A stretch of 63,675 nucleotides of DNA, counting the filler, from Rhabdomonas costata (lineage: Eukaryota), in NCBI GenBank assembly GCA_019059605.1. It is 54 parts of 54 records of this genome, joined end to end, with 100 filler letters (N's around TTAATTAATTAA, not from the genome) between each part and the next. Parts side by side here need not be neighbours in the genome. Positions count along the whole stretch, not along the records: positions 24,819 to 25,899 come from JAHMHO010029623.1; positions 26,000 to 27,081 come from JAHMHO010029624.1; positions 27,182 to 28,262 come from JAHMHO010029625.1; positions 28,363 to 29,443 come from JAHMHO010029626.1; positions 29,544 to 30,621 come from JAHMHO010029627.1; positions 30,722 to 31,802 come from JAHMHO010029628.1; positions 31,903 to 32,983 come from JAHMHO010029629.1; positions 33,084 to 34,164 come from JAHMHO010029630.1; 46 more parts are not named here. One strand, given 5' to 3'. Under the pieces are notes generated by a model. It saw only the letters and a list, made by a program, of their open reading frames with translations. It made no database searches and was not told where the DNA came from. Positions 25,259-37,338 of the stretch are shown here, piece by piece. Every line of letters begins with the position of its first letter. The stretch's first letter is position 1. A program made the translations under genes and the position numbers.

Positions 25259-25805
25259 CGAAGAACGACAGCACGAAGACAAACGCCATGCAGATCCCGA
25301 AGACTTTCAGCGAAGCCACCACCTCAGCAGCGGTGCGCTGCAGCCAATGGGAGATGTCCGAGACGTCAATCAGAGAGCTGGTCAGCTGCAGATGCACACA
25401 TGTAGCGAGAGATTGCAATAAAGGGGCGTTGCCCGCCGATGAGAGGGGGGGGGGCTGTTGAGTCCGCCTTCCCGGAAGTATGCGGTAACCCACTGCCACC
25501 TCTTAATCGGTGTCACGAGGTGAGCTGAGTTACCCTGAACATCAGAACCCATGCTCAGCGATGGCTACGCCAGAATGGAAAAATACACCACGCGCCTCTG
25601 GCAGCCCCTTCACCACTTCCTTCCGTCATTGACACGAGCCCGATCCAGATGCACACCCCGGTGACATCAGAGAAGATGGTGGCGGCGTCGGTCTTGGGCA
25701 CGCAGCGGTTGAGAATGGTGTCCGAGTTGTACAGCACAGGGTACTTAATGAACTGCGGCCCGTAGGTCGTCACGTAGTTAATCAGCGCAGAGCCGTTAAC
25801 TGCTC
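25259..25805 (-). CDS. Choline transporter-like (CTL/SLC44) protein, exons 25805-25657 and 25385-25259
   Basis: YPVLYNSDTILNRCVP is followed by a spliced exon ending in a TM helix (LKVFGICMAFVFVLSFF), the arrangement seen before TM2 of CTL proteins. Confidence 0.6.
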
Positions 25806-26982
25806 CTGCGAGGAGAAGGACACAGAAAACCGGAAAAATGTGCCGATCCGAATTATTATATCACCCCGCACCACCTTAAGAGTGTGAGAGTGTTTGAGAN
25901 NNNNNNNNNNNNNNNNNNNNNNNNNNNNNNNNNNNNNNNNNNNTTAATTAATTAANNNNNNNNNNNNNNNNNNNNNNNNNNNNNNNNNNNNNNNNNNNNT
26001 TGGTGGTAAACAGTTTGCATTTATGGGATGAGAAACTTCGCTTTATATAGGTTGGTCTTCAAATCGAATGTGCGCATTCCGCTGCTTTACCTGGAAGTCC
26101 TCCCACATGCAGGTATTGGCCTACTGCGCATTTCTCTCTCTCTCTCTCTCTCTGGCCTGAATGCACATCAAATGACTGATGTAAAAGTGGTCAATGTGAA
26201 CATGTTTCTGTGGTGACATATGAAATCCATCCGTTTTCGATCCGAACCAGCCAGCTTCTTCGCTCCCCCCCGTTGATGTCAGATCACCCCAGGGTGTCAG
26301 AAGATTCCACCACGACTACCCAAGGGGCAGCCTCTGCCGACCCCCGCGGAGAGGGCTCCTCTGCAACATCCACCTCTACAGCCCCCTCACAGCGACACCA
26401 CGGCAAGGCGGTCTGGGTGCCGAAGCTGTGAGGCGGTGAGACGGATGGACCATTTTCGAGGGGTTGTTGTTGTTGGACTACCTTCGTTTGACCTTTCACT
26501 GACGGCTTCCAATGAGCGGACTGTTGCTGAGGCACCTTGCTCCGCGGAACGCGTTGAAAACTGTTTCCCGCGGAACGCCCCTCACCCGGAGACGAGGGGT
26601 GGACTCTCTCCGGACAGTGAGAAGCGAGTGAAGCACCGTCATTTCTTTTCGTTCGGACACGGCGTCGGTGCAATTGGCTGTGAAGTGATCATTGATTGTG
26701 GCTTTTGTGGTTTTTGTCTGCAATGATTGTCCTCCGGAGCCTAGGTTTGTGACCACCTGGACGGAATATGCAGTGCAGTTGAATCTCAAACAGAATGTGG
26801 CAGAAGGGATTGCTGACTGCGTCAACTATGATGATCTGGCTGACGGGCCAACGGTGCGGAAATACGATCGCCATTTGTTCAGATGGTTTATTCAGGTTTA
26901 ATCAGATGTGCAGGTATGTCAATGAGGCCAGGAAGAGGCATACTCTTGACCGCGGCCGGAAAGATAATACAACACAACACAA

Positions 26983-27081
26983 CACAGCACAGCACAGCAC
27001 AGCACAGCACAGCACAGCACAGCACAGCACAGCACAGCACAGCACAGCACAGCACAGCACAGCACAGCACAGCACAGCACA
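26983..27081 (+). repeat. (CACAG)n pentanucleotide microsatellite
   Basis: Read directly from the sequence; runs to the contig end. Confidence 0.95.
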
Positions 27082-27220
27082 NNNNNNNNNNNNNNNNNNN
27101 NNNNNNNNNNNNNNNNNNNNNNNNNTTAATTAATTAANNNNNNNNNNNNNNNNNNNNNNNNNNNNNNNNNNNNNNNNNNNNTGTGTTTTTTTTTCGAACG
27201 AGCATTTGCTGGTCGCACTG

Positions 27221-27499
27221 ATGGAGCAGGGGGACGCGGTGTTTTCTACCGCGTCATCCAAACCCAGAGCAGTGGGGAGACCTCAGCTTCCCAAGCCCGA
27301 GGGCCCTCCCCGACGTTGTCCACGAGTGCCCATTCGCGTCGTGCCTGTAGTTGTGTCGGTGCTCTCTCTGATTGCTGTGGGTTGGGTTTCGTTTGAACTT
27401 ACCCAGGCCAACGCGGAGGCGGCCCTGCGCCGCGTGGGCCAAAGCTACCGGGACCTGGCCTCCGCCACCGTCGAGAACGAGATCACCTATTACCTGGAG
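27221..27499 (+). CDS. N-terminal exon of a membrane receptor (cyclase or kinase type: TM1 plus start of extracellular helix)
   Basis: ATG at 27221, TM segment VVPVVVSVLSLIAVGWVSF, then a Cache-like long helix. GTAATA donor at 27500. Confidence 0.5.
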
Positions 27500-30400
27500 G
27501 TAATAACTGGGATAGCCACCGTGTTCGCCAAACGCATCGCTGTGTCTGATCTCAGCCCGGGTGTGAAGCCGTGCAAAACTTCGTGCGGGCTTTGGTAAAG
27601 GAGTGATGGATGTGGGGCTGTTGGGATTGAAACCCTTGATGCATAGTGTGGTGCCGGGCGTGTGATACGTGTACGAAGCGTGGTTGCGTAGACCACTCTC
27701 GCTCCATGCATCCTTTCCCCTCGCTTTCAATGCTATTGTTGCACAGAGGGCTCTGCTGCTGGAATGCATCTGTAATGCCTCTGTGCCTTTTCGTGTCATT
27801 AAGATGTAGCGCACCCGAGAGCCCAAACCCGCAGCTGCTCCTGCAGGAAAGCGCACCAGCCCAAATTGCACGTAGCCAAGAAGGGTGGCCCGAGTGAAAC
27901 AGCCAACAATCCAGCCACTCATATACCCGGCCATTGATCCCTGGATGCCTGCTTACCCGATACCCTCTCATCCACTTTGATAAACTCTCACTCATTTTTC
28001 GGACTTAGGTGAAACGAAGGTAATGAAGGTTTGAAAGGGAGGAGAAGGGACCGCGTAATCAAACACGCGTAGCCTCTGCTGTGGCTGGAACCAAGCTCCG
28101 TGCCCCTATCTCGTCTCGCTAGTTCACAGGGATAAGTGCAGAGTGGGCGGAGTCCGACCACGTCGCAACTCGCCGGTCTGTGAGTGCAGAACTGACGACA
28201 CAGGAATATATGATTTTCAAACAGCATATCAGGCAGGTCCAGGGCAGCCACCCCCCACCCACNNNNNNNNNNNNNNNNNNNNNNNNNNNNNNNNNNNNNN
28301 NNNNNNTTAATTAATTAANNNNNNNNNNNNNNNNNNNNNNNNNNNNNNNNNNNNNNNNNNNNTTTTTTGTGCGTTTATAACCGTTCATTTTTGAATAGAT
28401 GAAATGTGCGATATTCCGTAAATGAAATGTGACATATTCCGTGGTGTTGCCTACAATGTTCGCCCGAAAGGTGGCTGCAGTGCACAGACAGAAGCTTTTA
28501 ATAGAGAAAGTGATTTTTTCTATATAAAAAATGTTTTTGTGCGGGTTCAATCTCATGGTGACACCAGGTGTGCATGTGCACATGTGTGTGACATCTGGTG
28601 ATGCACTTTCGATTATACCTGAAATCCGCCCAACTAAACCGTGGCTTCTCCCCTTGAGGACATCACCGGTTGCACCCCTTATGTCACTTTTTAGTGAAGG
28701 CCAGGTTGACCTACAAACGTGTTTGTGGATAACTAAATGGAAAAAAGAAGAGAAAACTTCTGTAGAAAAGACGGAGAAAACTTCCATAACACATGGAGGT
28801 TGCCGTCAAAGCATACCGGGAGCATCAAAGAGCAGCCGTAGTGCAGCAATCCACGCTGACGCACCCGCTTTGTGGCAATGGAACGCACAACAGCGACATC
28901 AACAGAGGTCTCTCTTCCTCCGCGATGTGTACAGCGGGCTTTTCTTCGGGCTTTTCTGCGCAGACCGAGGTTCCCCTCCCGTCCAAATGTCAGCAACGCA
29001 GACAGCCTCATCTCTGGGCCACTTATCGCCTGCCCAATAGCATTGGACTTCGGAGTGCAGACTACTACAAGACCCTCCGCCCCAGTAGGGCAAGAAGTCC
29101 GTAACCTTGCAGCGGTTATCAAGAGACGCGAATACACCCGGCCATGACAGAAAGCCGGTGCGCTTTCTCTCCTTTCATTACCGACACCTATGGAGCTACA
29201 ATTGCTGCCGCCCGATCTCTCACTCGTAAGATCACACAAGTTCCGACAGCTCCACCGCGATGTTGTGACTTACCTCTTCGCCTCAAAACTTAATCACCGG
29301 ATTTCGGAAGCTTCCGTTGCTCTGGCAATCGCTCTGAGTGTGGAAGAGGTGAGGGCTCCCCGAAGGACTGATAGGGCAGCCGCCGGCACGACGCTGATCC
29401 CCCCCCCCGACCAATGGTATTGTGATAGTTGTGGGCTTCAAGCNNNNNNNNNNNNNNNNNNNNNNNNNNNNNNNNNNNNNNNNNNNNTTAATTAATTAAN
29501 NNNNNNNNNNNNNNNNNNNNNNNNNNNNNNNNNNNNNNNNNNNTTTGGTCTGCGGAACGGATGCCATCGAAGCGTAGCGTAGTGAGATCAGCATTTAGGG
29601 AGTATGCTAAGTTGAGACGAAGCATACAACCAGCAGAGATTAGGGGCCCCATACCACCTTAGCCCATCTTAGCATCACTCTTACACACCTCGACATCTGC
29701 ATCCCAGTGCATCAAGGGCCCTCATCGCCGCATCGTTAACCCCATGATTGTCACTTCACTCCACTCCACCGGCACAAGCACGGTTACGCTTGGTTCCGTC
29801 CACCGTATTGGCATGAACCCAGGTGGAGGTTGAGTGGGGTTAGTGATGCATTGGCCTTACTCGATGACGTCACTAGTCGCTCAGTACCACCAGAGGCGGT
29901 CCCTCCCTCCACAGCAACGTCATGATGCCAACATGACTCCCTGGCCACATGCAGCAGTGGTCAATATACGCATTACACTACACTACACTACACTACACTA
30001 TAGTAAACACATAGCATACTAGAGCATAAGATAGCATCAGTGCGTACTACCACCCCAGAGTAAACACACCACACCCTGAGGCCTTTCATGGCTCATATAC
30101 CACTACCTACTTGGTGACACGGGGTGCTTACTTGGCATAATAACACATCACTGGGTTGGAGGGCCTTACACTCCATCACGGCATGCTGAGATGCAATAAC
30201 CACTGCCATCAACGCCAACTCCACCACATAAGCACCATAACATACAGAACACTACTACGATGGTAACCTATGCACGGGTTGATGCCATGATGCCATGCCT
30301 TGATGTCACCACCACCACCATGGGCTAACACTGCTATGAAACAGATGCCACGATGCCATGATGGCAAGGCTATGACACCAGGGCTTGGTCCAACACAACA

Positions 30401-30721
30401 TCACCACCACTACACGTAGGGCTTGCATGGGTTGTACACCACTATAGGGTAATGACACCATGGCTACCTCAACACACCACCACCACCACAACATAACAAA
30501 AGATACACATATGGCATAACATAAGATACACATACCCGGGATGTTGATGCTATGCCTTGGCCCACACCACCACCACACCCATAGCATGGATTAACAGAGT
30601 TGTTACGCCCATACCACCACANNNNNNNNNNNNNNNNNNNNNNNNNNNNNNNNNNNNNNNNNNNNTTAATTAATTAANNNNNNNNNNNNNNNNNNNNNNN
30701 NNNNNNNNNNNNNNNNNNNNN

Positions 30722-31542
30722 GTGGGGGTGTGTTTGGTTGTTTGGGGATAGTTCGTGGTGGTACAGTCCGTACCAATAATTGTCTCTGCGGCGTCTCCGA
30801 TGAAGGGCGGGGAATTCCTATCCCGGGGGGTCAGCATAAAGCCCCCCACTGTCAAAACAATGGGCTGCCCCATGATGAGCAACTGGCTGATGTTGAACAC
30901 GGAGATGTTCGTGGGTCCCCGGGCGGCGATGGTTTTGTAGCTGTACCACGTCGAGTTCCACCGGTAGCACACCCCCAGAGCAGAAACGGCGAAGGGGACG
31001 ATGACGCTGGCCACTGCATTTGTAGAGCTCAGCGTCATGTTGCAGGAGTAGGCCACGTCCCCACTGCTGTTAGAGCAGTTGTTCAGGACAGTGCTGACCC
31101 TCATACAGTCCTCAGAGGCGAATCCCCAGCCGGTGAACGAGAAATTGGTGCTGCACCCCACCCCGAGCCAGCCGTTGGTGTACAACAGTGGGGGGCCCCG
31201 GACCCACCACCAGCCAGTCCAGACCCACTGCCCACCCCAGCCCAGGTAGCACACGCTGTAGGTGTACCCCCAGGAGAGGATCACATCGTAGTACCACATC
31301 CCAGAGACGTTGTGGAGTTTCAGGAGCTGGGAGTAGGGCCCCAGGCTGGGGTTCGGGCCGATGGCAGGACCAGAGCATGAAGAGGAGTTCGAGATCATCA
31401 CATAGTCCCAGCCAGAGATATTGCACCCCGAGAAGTACAGTCGTGTGGTTGTCATAATCACCGCAGCGTTAAGGTCTCCCATGAAGGAGGAGACCCCAGT
31501 GACGGCGATGTTTCCGAGGCTCAAATAAACTCCACCACTAGG
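30722..31542 (-). CDS. Large exon of an extracellular S/T/C/W/Y-rich protein, function unknown
   Basis: More than 800 nt of open frame with GC3 bias after a TTTCACAG acceptor; several N-x-S/T sequons. Confidence 0.6.
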
Positions 31543-32071
31543 CTGTGAAAAAACCATTCATCGGCATATTCACAAAGTGATCCACCACCCGCTTGTCAAG
31601 CATAAACAAGCAACACCACTTGACTGAAGGCACTAATGTCCATATTCCCATTGGAAAGCTTGGGTTGCTAATAACCGGAGTAAAGGGGGAGGTTCCGACC
31701 CGCGGAAATTCGTCGGAGTATTCACACACATTCCACCCACGCACTCACATATCCCGCCCGCTTAACACGATCCAACTGTGCAGCACCACTGCCCCACAAA
31801 CANNNNNNNNNNNNNNNNNNNNNNNNNNNNNNNNNNNNNNNNNNNNTTAATTAATTAANNNNNNNNNNNNNNNNNNNNNNNNNNNNNNNNNNNNNNNNNN
31901 NNAAGTCATTGCTGCTTGCTGCTTGCAGCTGCGAAGAGGGGGTTTTGCCCTGGGGCCCCGTTGTCTGGCACTCAGGCCACACAAACTTTTCCACATAATG
32001 GAGAAAGCGCATGTTTCGGAGCCGCCACAGCCACCACCTCCCACCTTTTCCTCGCTCGTGTCGGGGCACAG

Positions 32072-32960
32072 GGCACGACACGGGGATGATCGTGTTCAAG
32101 CTGGAAAGGGAGCGCCCGGCGTACACCATGATCGGCAGCACCCTGTACTGGGTCAAGGAGAGGTGCGTAGTGGGCACACTTCGACGTATTTGCCATGGAC
32201 GTGGAGGGGGGGGTACCGGGTACCAATGCAAAGAGATTTTCCCATCGGACCAAAATAGATAAGGGCCGAAAGAAGAAAAGACAGAAGCAGTGCTGACCCA
32301 GGCTGACCCAGAAGAGAAGCCCTCAAGATGCCCTCAAGATGCCCTCAAGATGCCCTCAAGATGCCCTCAAGATGCCCTCAACCATCACGCGCTGCCCAAG
32401 TTCCTTGCTTGGAGCAGGATGGTTGGATGGATTTCATTTTCATTTGAATTGCGTTGTTTTGAACTTTACATTTAACATTGAACTGGGCACTGGGAAATTT
32501 GAAGTTTGAATTTTAAGGAAGCTTTTTTGTGTGTATGGGGATCAGGCAGCTGAAGTCGCTGGACTTGGACACCGGGGCGGAGGAGACGCTGCTGCAGCTG
32601 CGGCGCAACACGTACCCCCCGCTGTCGGTGTCGTACTGCCCTTCGGAGCGAATGGCCTTGTTCTACTACGACAACGACGGAGGGACGTTTGAGCTGTACT
32701 CCATCCCCAAGAGCGGGACCAACTCCGATGACGTCAAGAAAGGTCTTGTCCCCTCCTCTCTCCACATACCGACTCAAACGACAGGATGGCAAAGAACGAA
32801 ACCCAAAAATAGATTTACTGTTTCTTTTAAGGGCGCATCTTCGTCTTTGCGCATGTTTTTCCCCTCCCTCCCGTATGTTTTTTCTTTCTTTGCAGGGTTC
32901 TACACGTCCGCGGTGTTCTTCTCGCGGAGCAAGTTTGTCGTGCTGGACAAAACCAAGCGG
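32072..32960 (+). CDS. COPA: Coatomer subunit alpha, exons 32072-32162, 32546-32742 and 32896 to about 32960
   Basis: [17 protein letters not shown] is the alpha-COP signature. Downstream [15 protein letters not shown] also matches. Two GT-AG introns are in phase. Confidence 0.92.
32319..32381 (+). repeat. 11-bp minisatellite (GCCCTCAAGAT), about 5.7 copies, in a COPA intron
   Basis: Read directly from the sequence. Confidence 0.9.
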
Positions 32961-33201
32961 GAGCGTGGGCACTCCCCCACCCCNNNNNNNNNNNNNNNNN
33001 NNNNNNNNNNNNNNNNNNNNNNNNNNNTTAATTAATTAANNNNNNNNNNNNNNNNNNNNNNNNNNNNNNNNNNNNNNNNNNNNGCGAGCTCCACACTTGG
33101 GTTGCATTCTATTGGAACGCAAGGCGTAAAGAAGCCTGTCACAGGGATAGGGTTTAATGCTCTTAGCATTTGGTAAGGAGTGCGATTGCCTGCTGTTGCA
33201 G

Positions 33202-33853
33202 ATGGGGCTTACCGTGAACCTTGTGCTGCTGGATGATCGCCTGACCACCATGGGCCCCATTGAAGCCAATGTGGCCGCCACGCTGGACCGTATCCGGACC
33301 TCTAACCTCACTCTGACCATTGTGATGGCCTTTGTGGTGGTGGTGGCCTTGGGGCTGGCACTGGGACTTAGCTGGAGGCTCACAGTACCGCTGTCTAGGC
33401 TGGCCTCGGGGATGGATATGCTGGTTTGCACATTTGTGTGGATATGCGTGTCCCTGATGTTGCCTGGGCAACCGGGGAGCCTTGGTGGCGGTGCACACGG
33501 TACAAGGAATGACGCACGGGTGGGTGGGGGGACAGTAGCATGAAAGGAAGGTCCAGCAGGCCCGATGCATAGCGCAAAAATATTTTGTAGCCCAGCGGTA
33601 ATTACCTTGGATCTTGGTCTGCGGCTCCGCAGCCTAACACATGTGGAATTCTGGAATCTTCTCCTTCTACTGGAATCCCGTCACACTTATTTCGTCGTGC
33701 ACGTTGATGTTGTGATGTTGTGCGTCTGTTCTGATTCCTCTTTGCGCAGTCTCTGCTGAGGTTTTCGAGCCATCCTGACTCGAGCCTACTGACGGGGGGC
33801 TCGTGGCTCCAGGAAATCTCCTTGTGCGAGCTCTCCTTCGAAATTTTGGAAAG
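33202..33853 (+). CDS. Receptor adenylate cyclase-like TM2 plus HAMP region, exons 33202-33423 and 33750-33853
   Basis: TM helix, then LTVPLSRLASGMDML|SLLRF...SWLQEISLCELSFEILE, a HAMP pattern. GT-AG intron in phase 0. Confidence 0.7.
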
Positions 33854-34266
33854 GTGTGACTACTGATCATTCCGTTCAGTCTTCCACAAGCATCAGTGGA
33901 ATCATTTCATTCATTGTTCTTTTTTTTCGGGCGTCAGGTAGCCCGTTTGTCTGGTCCCGCGCGGCCTGCTTTTTTTTAACAAGAAAACATTGTGAGTCCT
34001 GTCATCAATCCTCCGCTTCTGGGGCAAGAAGTGCGCCTAAGAGTTACTAAAGAAGAGCCGTCAAGTGGTCCCACAACCGGCCGAGGGGTGAAAGGACAGA
34101 AAATTCTGTCCCCAAGTACCGGCCACGTGGCGTTTCGGGTGTCTGTACACAAGACCAACAACCCNNNNNNNNNNNNNNNNNNNNNNNNNNNNNNNNNNNN
34201 NNNNNNNNTTAATTAATTAANNNNNNNNNNNNNNNNNNNNNNNNNNNNNNNNNNNNNNNNNNNNTG

Positions 34267-34430
34267 TGTGGGTTTGACAAAAATATAAAAGATGATGGAG
34301 TAAAAGAATTATATTCATTAAAAACACTTTATTATTCCTTTGTAATAATATTATTACACTCACAATAAAGTGTTTTTAATGAATATAATTCTTTTACTCC
34401 ATCATCTTTTATATTTTTGTCAAATCCACA
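34267..34430. repeat. Terminal inverted repeat 34267-34333 / 34364-34430
   Basis: An inverted copy of LRR coding sequence sits at the contig end. Confidence 0.85.
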
Positions 34431-35229
34431 ATAGAGTGTTTGTAATGATGAAGCCAAATGTTTAATACCATCGTTTGTAAAATTATCATTATAATCACAA
34501 CGTAATTCGGTCAATGATAAATACTGAAGACAATTATCAGTAAATTTCGTATTACATCCACAAATTAATGTTTTTAAAAATGATAATGGCTTAATGCCGT
34601 TATCAGTAAAATTATTATTTTGTCCACAATTTAAATATTTCAATAATGTTAATTTTTGAATGGAATTATTTGTAAAATTTGTATTGCATCCACAGTTTAA
34701 TGTTTGTAATAATGTTAAATTTTGAAGAGATTCATTCGTAAAATTTTTATTGCATCCACAGTTTAATATCTTTAATGATGATGATAATGGCCTTAGGCCG
34801 TTATCAGTAAAATTTGTGTTTTCGTCACAAATTAATGATGTTAATGATTGAAGTTTTTGAAGAAAATTATCTGTTATCAAATTATTACAACCACAATCAA
34901 GTACTTGTATTTTGGATATTGATGGTAAAAAAATATAGTCCTAAATCTGTAATTATATTATTGCTATAAAAATTTAAATTATTGACAAAATCTAATTCAT
35001 ATTTACATTTTAACATATCATCATCTGTTGCAATTGATGTAATATGTAATTTTGTTATTGTACAATTTTTAGGTATTTTTACTTTGTAATAATTACAATT
35101 ATTAAATAATTTTACATTCACATTGTATGTACATATATTACAAAATTTTTTGTTTAAACAACGTAAATGTAAATAATTTTCTACATATTCAATTAAATAA
35201 TTTAAAATATCAATCGGTAAATTATCCAT
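34332..35229 (-). pseudogene. Giant-virus-like F-box plus leucine-rich-repeat gene with a single frameshift at 34927-34933 and a 3' end truncated by fold-back
   Basis: N-terminal F-box-like MDNLPIDILNYLIEYV...LRCLNKKF, then about eight LxxLxCxxNxxFTxxx(L/I)xxL repeats. Removing one T from the T7 run fuses the two listed ORFs. Intronless and extremely AT-rich. Confidence 0.75.
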
Positions 35230-35265
35230 TTTAAATTTTGTTTTTTAAATAATTATGTTTTATTT

Positions 35266-35273
35266 TCAATTTT
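35266..35273 (-). promoter_or_regulatory. Mimivirus-type early promoter AAAATTGA
   Basis: Exact octamer on the coding strand, 36 nt upstream of the ATG at 35229. Confidence 0.7.
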
Positions 35274-36207
35274 TTATATATGATATATATTAATTTATTT
35301 ATAAAATTTTTTTGATATCAACATATGATTATATCTCAATTCAATNNNNNNNNNNNNNNNNNNNNNNNNNNNNNNNNNNNNNNNNNNNNTTAATTAATTA
35401 ANNNNNNNNNNNNNNNNNNNNNNNNNNNNNNNNNNNNNNNNNNNNGTGGTGTGTGTTTCTTTTACGAAGGAAAGGAGAGGGAAATGAAAGGAGCAATGGG
35501 TTAGGTTTTGCTATTCATTGCTTTGAAGACCAAAAGATTTGGTTGTGTGAGGTGACCAACGCGCTCCCTCTCTCTCTCTCTTTAAATTGTAAGATAAGCT
35601 ACGAAGACGAAGAAACTTCGCAGAAAAAGTGTTTCTGTGTTTGTGTTTCTGCGTTTGTGTGTCTGGGAGAAGTCTACTTTCCTCGAATTTTCTCCCAGCA
35701 TTTCTTTTGAAAAAGTAATGGAATGCACATTCTCTCCTCTCTCCCTTCTCTCCATTCTCTGTGTGGCCGCCCATTTCTTTTCGTGAGTGCTCCTGAAGGT
35801 CCCACTCAGCAGCAGAACAGCGGGACAGTTCTATAGTATACAGTGCCACCATCCACCGCCATCCATTAGCACGTTGACGCAGCTGGTTAAACGGTGTGCG
35901 TGTATGTGTGCATATGTGATGACCGTCCCCCCTCGATTTTATCGGGGGAGTGGGGATGTCAGTGGAAAGGAGAGTTGTGTGGCTTGGAAACGTTACCTGA
36001 TGCTAATGCCCTGGCCGGATGATGCGTTTGTTTATATCTCCGCAGTACCCACACCAGTAAAGGATGGACAGAAGCCAAGCCTGCGGTGTCCTCACGCAAT
36101 GGTTGTGCACCTGACGAGTCCGCCTTCTGTTGTTCCCCCTTTTTTTTTGTTTTAGGGAATTTTGGAGCAGTGCGTGCGTGTGTGTGTGTGTGTTTCCGGA
36201 AAAATAG

Positions 36208-36358
36208 GCTGCGGAGAGTGAAGGCCGAGGGAGTGCGTGCCTCCACAGCGCAGGACGTGCAGGCGCTGTCCGAGCTGTGCCTGCCCTCCTTGGCTGCGCT
36301 TGCCTTGCTGCACTCCAAGCCCACCGCGGCGAAGGCCGCGGGGTGCTTCTTCTTCTGA
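36208..36358 (+). CDS. Terminal exon ending in a CaaX-like CFFF-stop
   Basis: AATAG acceptor, then a GC-rich frame ...KPTAAKAAGCFFF*. Confidence 0.4.
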
Positions 36359-37159
36359 GCTATACACGCACATCCACAACCACACGACTCCACAACATTG
36401 TGGGCTTTCAGCACTCCCTTCACGCAGGGCGTAGAATGGCCCTCATCGAGATGCCCGTGGCTCATCTCACCCTCGCAGGGGATGTCTTCTCGGCACGTGC
36501 CCACAAAACACCAAACACACCCACAANNNNNNNNNNNNNNNNNNNNNNNNNNNNNNNNNNNNNNNNNNNNTTAATTAATTAANNNNNNNNNNNNNNNNNN
36601 NNNNNNNNNNNNNNNNNNNNNNNNNNTGTTTTTTGTCTGCGACTCTTTTTGCTGGGGCTGCCAGCGGCCAAGAGGCAGTAGTCTGGCCCCATTCGGCGTG
36701 GGTGGTTTTTGTAAAGTACGTTGTGGGTGCTGTCGTAGACAATTCGCTGAATGGGGCAAGAATCGGCGCGAAATGGATATGAAACAGCCGACAAAGGGAC
36801 TTCACAGCCGGCCGAGGGTAACAGGTCGGGAAACTCTTACCCCAAGGACAGCAAGCCTGCTGTATACAAAAGATCCCAGGTCTGGCCTGCTTCGGTTTAG
36901 CTTCTCATTTCCTGAAAATTGATATAAAAAAGTTCAACTGGGACAAAAGCGAAGTACATGGCCCAGGCAGGGTTCCAGCATGGTTCGCACGGACCCGAAG
37001 GGGGTGGATAACATTGGCTATTGAGAGAAGCGGGGAGAGTGCGAGTGGCTGGGTAAGGCGGCTGGAGGAGCGGAGAGGGGTACACAAGAGCAGAACGTGC
37101 GCCCACACATTCCTCCCAATGCAAAAAGGTAGCATATGAGCCCCCGGCGCGGAGGACAC

Positions 37160-37338
37160 CTCATGTTGGCGTGGGTTCGGTAGACCCGGTTGACGACGTC
37201 CTGCTCCCAGCCGCGGGTCCGGTTCCACTCCTCCGCGAAGACCCGAAACAGGAACCTGGTCAGCGGGCGTTGCGAGCTCCCTCCCAGGATCCCCACGTTG
37301 AGATCCATCCGCCGCTTACTCCCGTAGTACATGAACTC
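37160..37338 (-). CDS. Exon of a probable GT-A fold glycosyltransferase
   Basis: LNVGILGG...GWEQDVVN resembles the LNxGV...EQD motifs of GT34/GT8-like enzymes; flanked by AG and GT. Confidence 0.45.

Noticed and set aside
26795-27137. STAQH and CCAVL repeat ORFs
   Set aside because: These are translations of (CACAG)n.
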